From: a virus
Taxonomy: Duplodnaviria; Caudoviricetes
Virus record (IMG/VR): IMGVR_UViG_3300038603_000003
Coordinates: 1 to 44,458 of that record
Direction: 5' to 3' (one strand)
Length of the DNA: 44,458 nucleotides
Positions 8,282 through 17,190 of this stretch are shown one piece after another. Both the position numbers and the translations under genes were made by a program. A model generated the notes under the pieces. It saw only the letters and a program-made list of their open reading frames with translations, did not search any database and had not been told where the DNA came from. Position 1 is the stretch's first letter. Every line of letters starts with the position of its first letter.

Positions 8282-8669
8282 ATGTGTTTTTAAGAAAGGT
8301 GATAAGGTACAACGTATCAACGGTGGCGAGATATTTGAAGTAGAGAAAGTGGGACGTCCGTGTGGTCCGGGATGGGAGGTATGGTTCACCAAAGGGACTT
8401 GGCTGTGTTGCGCAGATCTTGTATTGTTGCCTAAATTCCCAAACCCACCGCACAAACATGCTGAGTTAATCAAAGCTTGGGCGGATGGTGCTGAGATTGA
8501 GATCCAACAATACGATGGAAGTTGGGGGACATCAACACACCCACAATGGACTGAAGAACGCAAGTACCGAATCAAACCTCAGAAGTCTGAGAAAGAACTT
8601 AAGATCGAAGAGTTAGAGAAACAGGCTCGTGACCTAGCTGACCAGATAGCTAAGCTTAAGGAGAGTTAA
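8271..8669 (+). CDS. Hypothetical phage protein
   Basis: FKKGDKV N-terminus, PHKHAELIKAWADGAEIE motif common in phage small proteins, coiled-coil tail. Confidence 0.75.
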   Translation: MNPECVFKKGDKVQRINGGEIFEVEKVGRPCGPGWEVWFTKGTWLCCADLVLLPKFPNPPHKHAELIKAWADGAEIEIQQYDGSWGTSTHPQWTEERKYRIKPQKSEKELKIEELEKQARDLADQIAKLKES

Positions 8670-8849
8670 ATGACACTACAACAACAAATCGACGATATCG
8701 ACTTCCAGTTAGGTATTAAGAACAAAAAGATCAGTGAACTGAAGGCTCAGTTAGATGCTGAGATGCACATCGTCGCTGATATGTACACTGAGAAGAAACA
8801 ACTTGTTCGTCAGAAAGACGCTGAAGAACAACAGAAACTGAATTACTAG
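8670..8849 (+). CDS. Small coiled-coil protein (59 aa, not in ORF track)
   Basis: AAGGAG RBS, MTLQQQIDDIDFQLG...KLNY; fills the gap exactly. Confidence 0.7.
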   Translation: MTLQQQIDDIDFQLGIKNKKISELKAQLDAEMHIVADMYTEKKQLVRQKDAEEQQKLNY

Positions 8850-8858
8850 GAGATCATT

Positions 8859-9638
8859 ATGGCTCTTTTTAATGTAGGTGATAAGGTAGTACGTACAGAA
8901 GATACCTTTACCTTTACTCTGCTGAGAAAGCTGAGAAATGAGACAGTGTACAAAGGTAACGTCTATACGGTAGCTTCCTGTACTAAGGATGTATTGTATC
9001 TGGAAGAACTCTCCAACAGCTACAGTCCTCACTCATTTAAACTATTAACTACAAAAGTTAGGAACAAAACTATGAACACAGCATACACTTTAAAAATTAA
9101 ATTCAACAAACACGACTCAAAGATTTACCACTACGCCAGTAAGTACCGAATCAATTCAGACTATGCGGAGGTAAGTACTCCCGATGGTATGGAGACAGTT
9201 CATGTAGTGGGTTGTGACGAAGGTATATCTTTGAATGCCACTAAGTGGCGTACTGGATCCCTTGTAACATCAGAGCAACGCCAAAAGTGGGGAGTTGGTG
9301 CTAAGTTCATTGACGCAGAGCTTAAGGAGACCGATATTGTACGAGAACTTGCTTCTGCATGTAACACCCTTAATAAGTACAGTAACGTATTGTTTGATCG
9401 AGGTGTTGCGAACGGCTTAGGATTTTCTTGTCAAGGTCGACTATATGTAAACATGAAACATGGAAATGAGAAGGTTTCTAGTGAATTCGGTGGGAACTCT
9501 TATGAACCAAGTCTTCCTTGGATTACAGCAGTTGCTGATCTGATCGCTCAGGACACTAAGAAAAAGGAGTTAGTAAGCAGACTCGAAGAAATCAAACGTG
9601 AAGCCGCAGACATTGCTGCTGAAATAGCTAAACTGTAG
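8859..9638 (+). CDS. Hypothetical protein
   Basis: 259 aa ORF, AGGAG RBS, FNVGDKV N-terminus, coiled-coil C-terminus. Confidence 0.75.
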   Translation: MALFNVGDKVVRTEDTFTFTLLRKLRNETVYKGNVYTVASCTKDVLYLEELSNSYSPHSFKLLTTKVRNKTMNTAYTLKIKFNKHDSKIYHYASKYRINSDYAEVSTPDGMETVHVVGCDEGISLNATKWRTGSLVTSEQRQKWGVGAKFIDAELKETDIVRELASACNTLNKYSNVLFDRGVANGLGFSCQGRLYVNMKHGNEKVSSEFGGNSYEPSLPWITAVADLIAQDTKKKELVSRLEEIKREAADIAAEIAKL

Positions 9639-9649
9639 TAGAAACGCTG

Positions 9650-9832
9650 ATGCAAGTTACACTTGTGGGAATCAAGACCCCTCGAAAAGGTATTGAAGAG
9701 GGAAAGACTTATCGAACCTTGAGGTTCAACAAAAGAACAGGAAGTATGTCTTTCTGGTCAGATGCAAAGGAGTTGATAAGAACTAATTTTTACAAATGTA
9801 CAGTTACAGGAGGAGTATGGGAAAGCCTATAG
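9650..9832 (+). CDS. Hypothetical small protein
   Basis: 60 aa ORF filling the gap before primase. Confidence 0.6.
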   Translation: MQVTLVGIKTPRKGIEEGKTYRTLRFNKRTGSMSFWSDAKELIRTNFYKCTVTGGVWESL

Positions 9833-11832
9833 AGAAAATAGCCCACCCTGAGGAATTGGGTGGGTGTGGAAGCAGTGATGCTCTCCAAGTATTCAAGGAA
9901 GAAGATGGATCATACAACGGATACTGTTACGCTTGTAAGACTTACGTAAAAGATCCTTACGCTCAACATCCTGAAGGATACAACCCACCACCTCCGTCAC
10001 GGAAGTCGCCAGAGGTTGTTCAGAAAGAGATCAAGGAGGCTTTAGGATTACCCATCAGAGCTATTCCAGATCGTGGTCTGACTCAGGAAACATGTGAGCG
10101 ATTCGGAACGAGGGTAGGTCTTGATACCAGAAACGGACAAGATATAGCATCGCATTACTACCCGTACACTAACCACGACGGAGAGGTTGATGCCTTCAAC
10201 GTGCGTATCTGTGACCCTAAGAAGTTCTTTGGTATTGGTCAGCGGAAAGAATCTAACCCCTTCGGATGGGATAAGCGCCTGAAAACTAAGGCATTGTACA
10301 TCACTGAGGGTGAGATAGATGCTATGTCGCTGTATCAGATACTTAAGGAATCTGCTAAGGAATGGGCAGTTAAGAACGGTAAACAGTGGGACGACCGTTA
10401 CGTTCCTGACATAATCTCATTACCCACTGGGGCATCATCAGCCTCTCGGGTTCTGTCGAGGTTAGCTGACACTATCGAGCGAGAGTACAGAGAAGTACGT
10501 ATCGTGTTCGATAACGATGAAGCAGGTCAGAACGCAACGCAAGACGCTGTAAAGGCTCTTGATGGCCGTAAGTTCAAGCTGTTCGTATGTACCCTTCCAA
10601 AGAAGGATGTGAACGAGTGCATGCTTGCAGGTATGTCTCAGGATGTCATCAAGGCTTGTGTGTACAACGCATCTGAGAAGATATCTGGAAAGGTCATACG
10701 CAGTAATGAACTACGTAACTTAGCTAAGGAACGCCCCAAGATGGGTTCGCCTTGGCCTTGGCCGACGATGACTGAACTTACTCGTGGCAAACGATTAGGC
10801 GAGGTGTACTACTTTGGCTCGGGTGTTTGAATGAGCACCATTCAACCGTGAGGTTGTCTAAAGAACTACGTGAATTCAGGGGAAGCCTAGAACAGGTAAT
10901 CCTGAGCGAAGCCGGACGGGATCGGATAAGTATCCAATCGAAGAAGAGCTTATTGCAGATTGAGCACCCTAAGGAACGTGCAACGACTATCCCGAGAGGG
11001 AGTACACTCAAGCGAGTGGAAGCGCGTAGCCCTTGGAAACAAGGTGATGATATAGTCTAGTCTGCATGGGGACATGTAGCAGTTCATAAGAGAACGGGCA
11101 AGGTGTAGCGAGCCTTGTCGAATATAACGAAAAATGGGTAAGAGTGTCATTGTTGATATGCTAAGTTCTAATGACATTGTTAACTCAGAACATCCAGTGT
11201 TCTTGTGTAAGCCGGAAGAACAACCACACCACACCCTTCAGCGATTGGCAGGTAAGGTAACAGAGCGGATATTCTGGGATCCTAATATCCCATTCGACAA
11301 CGAAGCCTTCGAGCAGGGTTGTGATATCATTGGTGATAAGGCAATCATCTACGATAACTACCAAGCAACAAGTTGGGATAGTGTGAAAGCTGAGATACGC
11401 CACGCTGTACTAGCGGCAGGTGTGCAGAACGTTTACATTGACCCGCTTACTTGTTTCACGGTAGGTATAAGCTCAGGTGAGGCTAACGATGTTCTGATCG
11501 AGATTGCGTCAGAGTTAGCGAGTATGGCTAAGAATCTTAACTTCACAGGCCATGTGTTCTGTCACTTAAACAAACCATCCTCAGGTGCAAGCCACGAACG
11601 AGGTGGTAAGGTTGACTCAGTGCAGTTCGCAGGTTCTCGTGCAATGGCTAGGTTCTGTCACGGTATGTTTGGATTAGAAGGTAACAAAGATCCTGACTTA
11701 CCAATTGAAGAGAGAAACACAAGACGTATCGTGTTGTTAGAGGATCGGAACTTCGGAGCTACTGGCTCGATAGATCTGTTCTATAACTCAAACACTGGTA
11801 TGTTAAAAGAATTTGAAAGAGAGGAAGACTGA
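9817..11832 (+). CDS. T7 gp4-like primase-helicase, spliced join(9817..10826,11130..11832), about 570 aa
   Basis: Zn-finger CGSSDA..GYCYAC, TOPRIM ITEGEIDAMS and FDNDEAG, SF4 helicase motifs (IDPL, HL, GSRAM). Removing the intron restores Walker A GSGVKMGKS. AGGAGGAG RBS before ATG 9817. Confidence 0.9.
10827..11129 (+). mobile_element. Group I self-splicing intron (subgroup IA2-like), 303 nt, no homing endonuclease
   Basis: P1 GGTGT|/GCACC with U.G at the splice site; P2 CAACC-GTGA-GGTTG; P3 CTACGTG/CGCGTAG; P4 TTCAGG/CCTGAG; P7 GACTAT/ATAGTC; P7.1; P7.2; P8 CCTTG-GAAA-CAAGG; P9 CTGCATG-GGGA-CATGTAG; terminal G at 11129. Confidence 0.92.
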
Positions 11833-12059
11833 TGACAGAATTGATTAAAGTCCAGTTACTGAACGATGGAAGGTATTTCGGACTCGAAGACATATCCTTC
11901 CCAGTACAAGTGATGGCAATAGCAAAAGGTAACTACTATATAGTACCTTGCACAGAACTTGAGGTCATTGGTGCAGATATGTCAGTACTCGACGACCCCG
12001 AAGACCCGTATTGGCCTTTTGAGGATGGGACAGAAGCTGTTAGAGTGGAGGAAGACTGA
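11832..12059 (+). CDS. Hypothetical acidic protein
   Basis: 75 aa, TGATG coupling, GAGG RBS. Confidence 0.7.
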   Translation: MTELIKVQLLNDGRYFGLEDISFPVQVMAIAKGNYYIVPCTELEVIGADMSVLDDPEDPYWPFEDGTEAVRVEED

Positions 12060-12127
12060 TGGAATTTTTAGGATTTTTGATATTTTTCGCAGTACTTGGT
12101 ACCATATTATTACTAGGAGATGATTAA
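12059..12127 (+). CDS. Membrane microprotein (22 aa)
   Basis: MEFLGFLIFFAVLGTILLLGDD; GGAGG RBS; TGATG and TAATG overlaps at its two ends. Confidence 0.55.
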   Translation: MEFLGFLIFFAVLGTILLLGDD

Positions 12128-12228
12128 TGGAAGCAACTATTTGGCATGTGATATGTATGCTGATAGGACTCGGCTTAGGTGTGTTTGTTGGAATGCTCTT
12201 TGGAGTTACTCTTGGAGATCACCTGTGA
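12127..12228 (+). CDS. Membrane microprotein (33 aa)
   Basis: MEATIWHVICMLIGLGLGVFVGMLFGVTLGDHL; AGGAG RBS; overlapping start and stop codons. Confidence 0.6.
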   Translation: MEATIWHVICMLIGLGLGVFVGMLFGVTLGDHL

Positions 12229-12389
12229 GTAAATACGCAGTAGTTCAGTACGTCAAGAAAGGTCTGAAAGAGAAACGTACCGTTGTTTCAAAGCATTCCG
12301 ATTGGGAAGATGCTAAAGAGAACAGACCTCAAGATAAGTTCAAAGGCGGCAAAGCGACCTTGTACAAAGTGGAGCTAATAAATGATTAA
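12225..12389 (+). CDS. Small basic protein (GTG start)
   Basis: 3' part of track ORF 12120..12389; GGAG RBS and GTGA overlap. Confidence 0.6.
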   Translation: MSKYAVVQYVKKGLKEKRTVVSKHSDWEDAKENRPQDKFKGGKATLYKVELIND

Positions 12390-12471
12390 GAATGACGAAG
12401 ATTTAGACGAGATCCTTGGTTGTGTGCTTGGTATCGCACTCGGTTGTCTAGCACTGTGGGCACTCTTTTGA
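12382..12471 (+). CDS. Membrane microprotein (29 aa)
   Basis: MIKNDEDLDEILGCVLGIALGCLALWALF; GGAG RBS; TTGA overlap with the polymerase start. Confidence 0.55.
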   Translation: MIKNDEDLDEILGCVLGIALGCLALWALF

Positions 12472-14381
12472 AGCGCTCCTGCGTATTTGACTTAGAAGGT
12501 AACGGGCTGTTTCAGGAGATCACGAAACTATGGTGTGGTGTTTTCAAAGACATCAAGACTGGTGAAGTATTCAAGTTCAAACCTAACGAGCACAAGCAGA
12601 TGTTCGAGTTCATGGACACCTGCGACAAGCTCATAGGTCATAACGTTATTGGATACGATTTTCCTGTTCTCAAGAAATTATTCGGTTACGAGTACAAGGG
12701 TAAAGTGGTTGATACCTTACTAATATCACGGCTTATGTTCCCTTCTCTCGCTAATCCGAAAGGAATGAAAGGTAAGGCTAGGCCACACAGTATCGAGGCT
12801 TGGGGTTACAGATTCGGACGATGGAAGCCTGACCACGAAGATTGGTCACAGTTCTCCGAGGCTATGTTACATCGTTGCTCAGAGGATGTAGAGATACAGT
12901 ACCTCTTGTTCTGTCACCTAGCTAAAGAGGCTAAGAATCTTGGGTGGCCTAGCCGAGCTTTTGATCTTACATTCAAACTGTTCCAGATCTTGACTGAACA
13001 GGAGCATTATGGATGGTTGATCGATAGACCACGTCTAGAACGCTATGTACGGACTCTCACGAGGAGTATACAGCGAATAGATGCAGTGGTACTGCCTATG
13101 ATGCCAAACATCGTAGAACAGCCGTACAAGACACCTGTGAGCAATCCCTTCAAGAAGGATGGGTGCTTAGCTTCGATAGCATTGAAGTGGTATCCAGACG
13201 ATCAGGGAGAGATTGGCGGGGCATTCAGTCGAGTTATCTTCAGAAAGGTTAACATCGCATCAGATAAGGAAGTAAAAGAGTACTTATTGTCTGAGGGTTG
13301 GAAACCTAAAGAGTGGAACTACAAGAAGGAAAACAAACGTGTTGTCAAAGACGACCAAGGTAATCCAGTTCGAACAAGCCCTAAGCTCAGTGCTGATGAC
13401 GATTTCATTGGGGTTAATGGGCGTATCGGCCGTATTATTGCAAAGCGTGTCAAATGCCGTCACAGACTGTCAACCCTTGAAGGGTGGCGAGATAACATCC
13501 GTGAGGACGGAAGGATCGGCCAGTTCATTTCAGGGATCGCTGCGACTGGACGACTCACTCACCAAGGAATTGTCAATGTGCCCGGAGCAGACAAGTTCTT
13601 CGGCAAACAAATGCGTAGTGTATTTACATCAAAACCCGGTTATAAAATTGTAGGTACAGACTCCGCAAGTTGTCAGGACAGGATGTTAGCAGGTAGGGCT
13701 AATGACGAAGGTTTCACTGAGATGTTACTTAACGGTGACAAATCAAAAGGAACTGACGGCCATACCCTGAACATGAAAGCTGTTAATGCGGTTCTCGAAC
13801 GCCACGGTAAACCTTTAATAAACCGTGGGTCAGCGAAGAACTTTGGTTACGGTTGGAAGTTCGGAGCAAGCGATAAGAAACTAGGAAGCATGGCATTAGG
13901 TTCTAAGGAACTAGGTGCGGAAATCCGAGATGCTCTAAGTTCTGTTTCTCAAGCTCAGGCTAAGTTAATCGAACGCTTGACTGAGGAATGGAAAAAGACT
14001 GCAACTCGATACATGAACGATTGGGGCAAAGCTGACTACAGGAATGGGTACATCATGGGACTTGACGGTCGCCCTGTGTACATTCAGTCAGAACACCAGA
14101 TCTTAGTGTATGTACTACAGTCAGATGAAGCAATTATGATGCAGTACGCACTGTGCTTCCTGAAGAGTTGGTTAGATAAGCTCGGATGGGTTCATGGACG
14201 TGAGTACGGTTTCGTTGCAAATGTTCACGACGAGTACCAATGCGAAGTAAGAGAAGATCTTGTCGAGCAGTACACAGTACTTGCTGATAAGAGTATAGTA
14301 AAGGCGGCTGAGTTCTTAGGGATTCAGTGCCCACATGTAGGAGAGAGTGATGTCGGAAATAACTGGTCGGAAACTCACTAA
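12468..14381 (+). CDS. Family A DNA polymerase with 3'-5' exonuclease
   Basis: ExoI FDLEGN, ExoII GHNVIGYD, ATGRL, motif A GTDSASCQDR, motif B RGSAKNFGYG, motif C NVHDEYQ. Start at TTG 12468 is inferred. Confidence 0.93.
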   Translation: MKRSCVFDLEGNGLFQEITKLWCGVFKDIKTGEVFKFKPNEHKQMFEFMDTCDKLIGHNVIGYDFPVLKKLFGYEYKGKVVDTLLISRLMFPSLANPKGMKGKARPHSIEAWGYRFGRWKPDHEDWSQFSEAMLHRCSEDVEIQYLLFCHLAKEAKNLGWPSRAFDLTFKLFQILTEQEHYGWLIDRPRLERYVRTLTRSIQRIDAVVLPMMPNIVEQPYKTPVSNPFKKDGCLASIALKWYPDDQGEIGGAFSRVIFRKVNIASDKEVKEYLLSEGWKPKEWNYKKENKRVVKDDQGNPVRTSPKLSADDDFIGVNGRIGRIIAKRVKCRHRLSTLEGWRDNIREDGRIGQFISGIAATGRLTHQGIVNVPGADKFFGKQMRSVFTSKPGYKIVGTDSASCQDRMLAGRANDEGFTEMLLNGDKSKGTDGHTLNMKAVNAVLERHGKPLINRGSAKNFGYGWKFGASDKKLGSMALGSKELGAEIRDALSSVSQAQAKLIERLTEEWKKTATRYMNDWGKADYRNGYIMGLDGRPVYIQSEHQILVYVLQSDEAIMMQYALCFLKSWLDKLGWVHGREYGFVANVHDEYQCEVREDLVEQYTVLADKSIVKAAEFLGIQCPHVGESDVGNNWSETH

Positions 14382-14387
14382 TACATT

Positions 14388-14414
14388 GAACTTTTACAAA
14401 TCACAGTTGTCTAA
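14388..14414 (+). promoter_or_regulatory. sigmaE/AlgU-type promoter upstream of SSB and nuclease genes
   Basis: GAACTT-TTACAAATCACAGTTG(16)-TCTAA in an intergenic gap. Confidence 0.75.
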
Positions 14415-14469
14415 ACTTATATAACAAATTAACAGTAACAGTAAATAAAGAAACGCTATAGGAGCAAAT

Positions 14470-15186
14470 ATGGCATTAAATATGAATGAAGTGAGCACAA
14501 ATTCTCGACGCAAGGATCACGGTATTGCTGAAGAAGGACTGACAAGTGCTCGATTGTGTCGAGTTATTGACTTAGGTCTTCAGAAACGCCAACCGTATCT
14601 TGGAGAAGAGAAGCCACCTGCTTACATGGTTCGATTGACATTTGAACTACCGGATCAACTGATCAATATCGATGGCGACGACAAACCTCGTTGGATTGAT
14701 ATAGAGATTAACCTCTCTCAGCATGAGAAATCTAAATGTCTGAAGTGGTTCAACATCTTAGACCCAGAAGGCCAGTCGCGTGGGGATTGGGGTCAGTTAG
14801 TTGGTACACCATGTATGTTGAACATCAAACATCGTACTGACAAGAAGGGTCGAACTTTCGCTAATATCGGAGACCTTCTCCCTGTGATGAAAGGTATGGA
14901 AGTGGGCGCGCTAGTAAATCCTACTGTTGTGTTCGATTCGAGTAACCCAAATGTAGAAGTGTTTCAGAGACTTCCTGATTTTCTTAAGGAGAAGATCAAA
15001 GCTAACTTAGAGTTCCAGAACAGTAAACTGGATCGACTGTTGAGCGCACTCCCTGTTGCCGCAACTGCAAGCACAGGTGATGTTCACGATGAAGTCGCTG
15101 AGGAAGATGTGTCACCACAGGCTCAGAAACCTACACCTACCATCAACGTAGATGTGGCTGACTTCGATGACGATATTCCGTTTTAA
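14470..15186 (+). CDS. Putative single-stranded DNA-binding / replication protein
   Basis: Acidic C-terminal tail DFDDDIPF; located between polymerase and exonuclease. Confidence 0.7.
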   Translation: MALNMNEVSTNSRRKDHGIAEEGLTSARLCRVIDLGLQKRQPYLGEEKPPAYMVRLTFELPDQLINIDGDDKPRWIDIEINLSQHEKSKCLKWFNILDPEGQSRGDWGQLVGTPCMLNIKHRTDKKGRTFANIGDLLPVMKGMEVGALVNPTVVFDSSNPNVEVFQRLPDFLKEKIKANLEFQNSKLDRLLSALPVAATASTGDVHDEVAEEDVSPQAQKPTPTINVDVADFDDDIPF

Positions 15187-15977
15187 TGGAGAAACCTCGC
15201 CACGCGTTAATAGATTATGATACGTGGTTATACGACATAGCATTCGCGGCAGAGTCTGCTGAAGAGGGAGACCTCGGGGAAGGTTTCTGCGGGATGCTTG
15301 TCGAGTCCAGACTTACGAATTTGATTGAAGCACTGAGATTGAAATCTTGGGAAGGTTACATAACAGGTTCAGGTAACTTCCGTTATGACCGAGCTACAAT
15401 CAAACCGTACAAAGGTAATCGTAAACAACCAAAGCCAAAATACTATCATTATATATCTGAATATTTACAGAGAGTACATGGAGCTATTGTTGTTACGGGG
15501 ATGGAGGCCGACGATATGTTGGCCATCCGTCAAACTGGACTAGATAACACAGTTATTGTATCAAGAGATAAAGACCTCAGGCAGGTCAAAGGGTGGCATT
15601 ACGGATATGCCAGTGGGAGACAATCCGAGTTCCCATTAACGTACTACGATTCACACGGAACTATAGAACTCACCGAAAAAGGAAAACTTATTGGTGGGGG
15701 TGATATGTTCCTGTTTGCACAGTGCTTAATGGGGGATTCAACTGATAACATACAAGGCATCCCAAAGGTGGGAGCCAAGAAAGCTTACGAGAAACTAAAA
15801 GAATGCAAGAACAGAACAGAACTGATACAGAGCACAAAGCAAGCTTACAACGAGTACTACGAAGACGAAGACGTCGCAGAGGCGGCCTTTCTGGAAAACA
15901 TGGACTTAGTCTTCATGGTACGGGAACTAAGATCAGATAACTCTGTAATTAAATGGAGCGATTATGAGCACCGTTAA
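15186..15977 (+). CDS. 5'-3' exonuclease (T7 gp6/FEN-like)
   Basis: LIDYD, YKGNR, EADD, SRDKDLRQ, GDSTDNIQGIPKVG motifs. Confidence 0.92.
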   Translation: MEKPRHALIDYDTWLYDIAFAAESAEEGDLGEGFCGMLVESRLTNLIEALRLKSWEGYITGSGNFRYDRATIKPYKGNRKQPKPKYYHYISEYLQRVHGAIVVTGMEADDMLAIRQTGLDNTVIVSRDKDLRQVKGWHYGYASGRQSEFPLTYYDSHGTIELTEKGKLIGGGDMFLFAQCLMGDSTDNIQGIPKVGAKKAYEKLKECKNRTELIQSTKQAYNEYYEDEDVAEAAFLENMDLVFMVRELRSDNSVIKWSDYEHR

Positions 15978-16503
15978 ATTTGCAAGTGACCTCCACTTGG
16001 GGCACGGATTGGGTGTTACAAAATGGAGAGCTTTCAAGACTGTCGAGGAGCACGACTCTTATGTACTAAGTAAGTTAGTGGAAGCGGGGGGACGCAGGAC
16101 GCATCTGTGGTTACTGGGGGACAGTTTCCTGTACGAACACTACACCCCAACATGGCAAGCTCTGGAGAAGCTCCTAGATGCTTACGGAGGTGGGGTTAGC
16201 TTGGTGTTAGGGAACCACTGCACAGACCGAAGATACCGAAGGAGTAACATGGCTGACCTCCAAAGAGATTTTCCGGAAGTGAAGCAGTACGGTATGGTAT
16301 CCAAGTATGGATTCTGGCTATCCCATGCACCTATCCACCCAACGGAACTTAGGGGAAAGCGTAACATACACGGTCATGTTCATACAGGAACAATCCAAGA
16401 TAAGAACTATTTTAATGCAAGCTTAGAGAATATCGACTACACACCGGTTACTCTGGAGCAAATCCGAGAAGGATACATGGGGAGGTACTATCGAAGTACG
16501 TGA
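15964..16503 (+). CDS. Calcineurin-like metallophosphoesterase
   Basis: SDLHLGH, LGD, GNH, SHAP, IHGHVH motifs. Confidence 0.88.
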   Translation: MSTVKFASDLHLGHGLGVTKWRAFKTVEEHDSYVLSKLVEAGGRRTHLWLLGDSFLYEHYTPTWQALEKLLDAYGGGVSLVLGNHCTDRRYRRSNMADLQRDFPEVKQYGMVSKYGFWLSHAPIHPTELRGKRNIHGHVHTGTIQDKNYFNASLENIDYTPVTLEQIREGYMGRYYRST

Positions 16504-16714
16504 TTATGAAATTGGAGAGGTCGTAGAGATCTGGAAGAAACCCGTCGGGTGCTGTGGCGTTATTCGGCAGGGTTGGAGAGGTACAGTAGTTACAACAATT
16601 GAAGTACAGAACACAATGAGTGGGCAAGATGAACAGATCTTGGTGCTTGAGGATGGTACACTGTGTTGGAACTACGAGGTTATTGCGTCTGAACAGGGAG
16701 TGCAACCCTCGTGA
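16490..16714 (+). CDS. Hypothetical protein (74 codons), possible non-canonical ATC start
   Basis: Stop-free frame IEVRDYEIGEVVEIW...GVQPS fills the gap; GGAGG lies 4 nt before ATC; GTGA overlap with EndoVII. Confidence 0.5.
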   Translation: MEVRDYEIGEVVEIWKKPVGCCGVIRQGWRGTVVTTIEVQNTMSGQDEQILVLEDGTLCWNYEVIASEQGVQPS

Positions 16715-17190
16715 ATCCTAAGCAACGTCAGAAGATAATCGACCGTATGCTTGGGGGTCGAAGATTAAAACAATCAGACGTAGCAAAAGAACGGGAGGAG
16801 TTATGGAGAAAACAAAACAGGATCTGCCCTCTGTGTCAGAAAGAGATCACGAAGGATCAAGCTGTGCTCGATCACAATCACGATTCAGGTCATGTTCGGG
16901 CTGTGTTACACCGTCAGTGCAACCATGCCGAGGGAAGGATTCTCGACTGGATAAAACGAACAGGGAAACAGAACGATCCTCTTGAGTTCCTTGAGAGCCT
17001 TGTAGCGTATTGGAAAGAGGATTACAGTAAGAACCCTCTTCACCCTACCCACAAGACTGAACAGGAGAAAGAGATCGCTCAGCTTAAAAAGAAACTCAAG
17101 ACCCTCAAGACTGATAAGGGTAAACAGAAATACCGGGATCGTATTAAAGAACTACAGGAGCAACTGAATGAAAATTCTTCTAATACCTGA
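16711..17190 (+). CDS. Recombination endonuclease VII-like nuclease
   Basis: Q..ICPLC, LDHNHDSGHVRAVLHRQCNHAEG motif. Confidence 0.88.
   Translation: MNPKQRQKIIDRMLGGRRLKQSDVAKEREELWRKQNRICPLCQKEITKDQAVLDHNHDSGHVRAVLHRQCNHAEGRILDWIKRTGKQNDPLEFLESLVAYWKEDYSKNPLHPTHKTEQEKEIAQLKKKLKTLKTDKGKQKYRDRIKELQEQLNENSSNT

Noticed and set aside
10835-10861. GTTGTCTAA inside the intron as a fifth sigmaE promoter
   Set aside because: The -35 position reads GCACCA rather than GAACTT, and the bases are explained by stem P2.
10827-11060. 77 aa ORF inside the intron as a homing endonuclease
   Set aside because: No HNH, GIY-YIG or LAGLIDADG motif. It runs across the catalytic core pairings and is a by-product of the intron sequence.
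11134-11832. Stand-alone helicase gene starting MGKS
   Set aside because: It starts in the middle of Walker A, so it is better explained as exon 2.
12061-12090. GGAATTTTTAGGATTT resembling the late promoter -35 region
   Set aside because: Mismatch in GAACTT and no TCTAA at the right spacing; it is the start of a micro-ORF.
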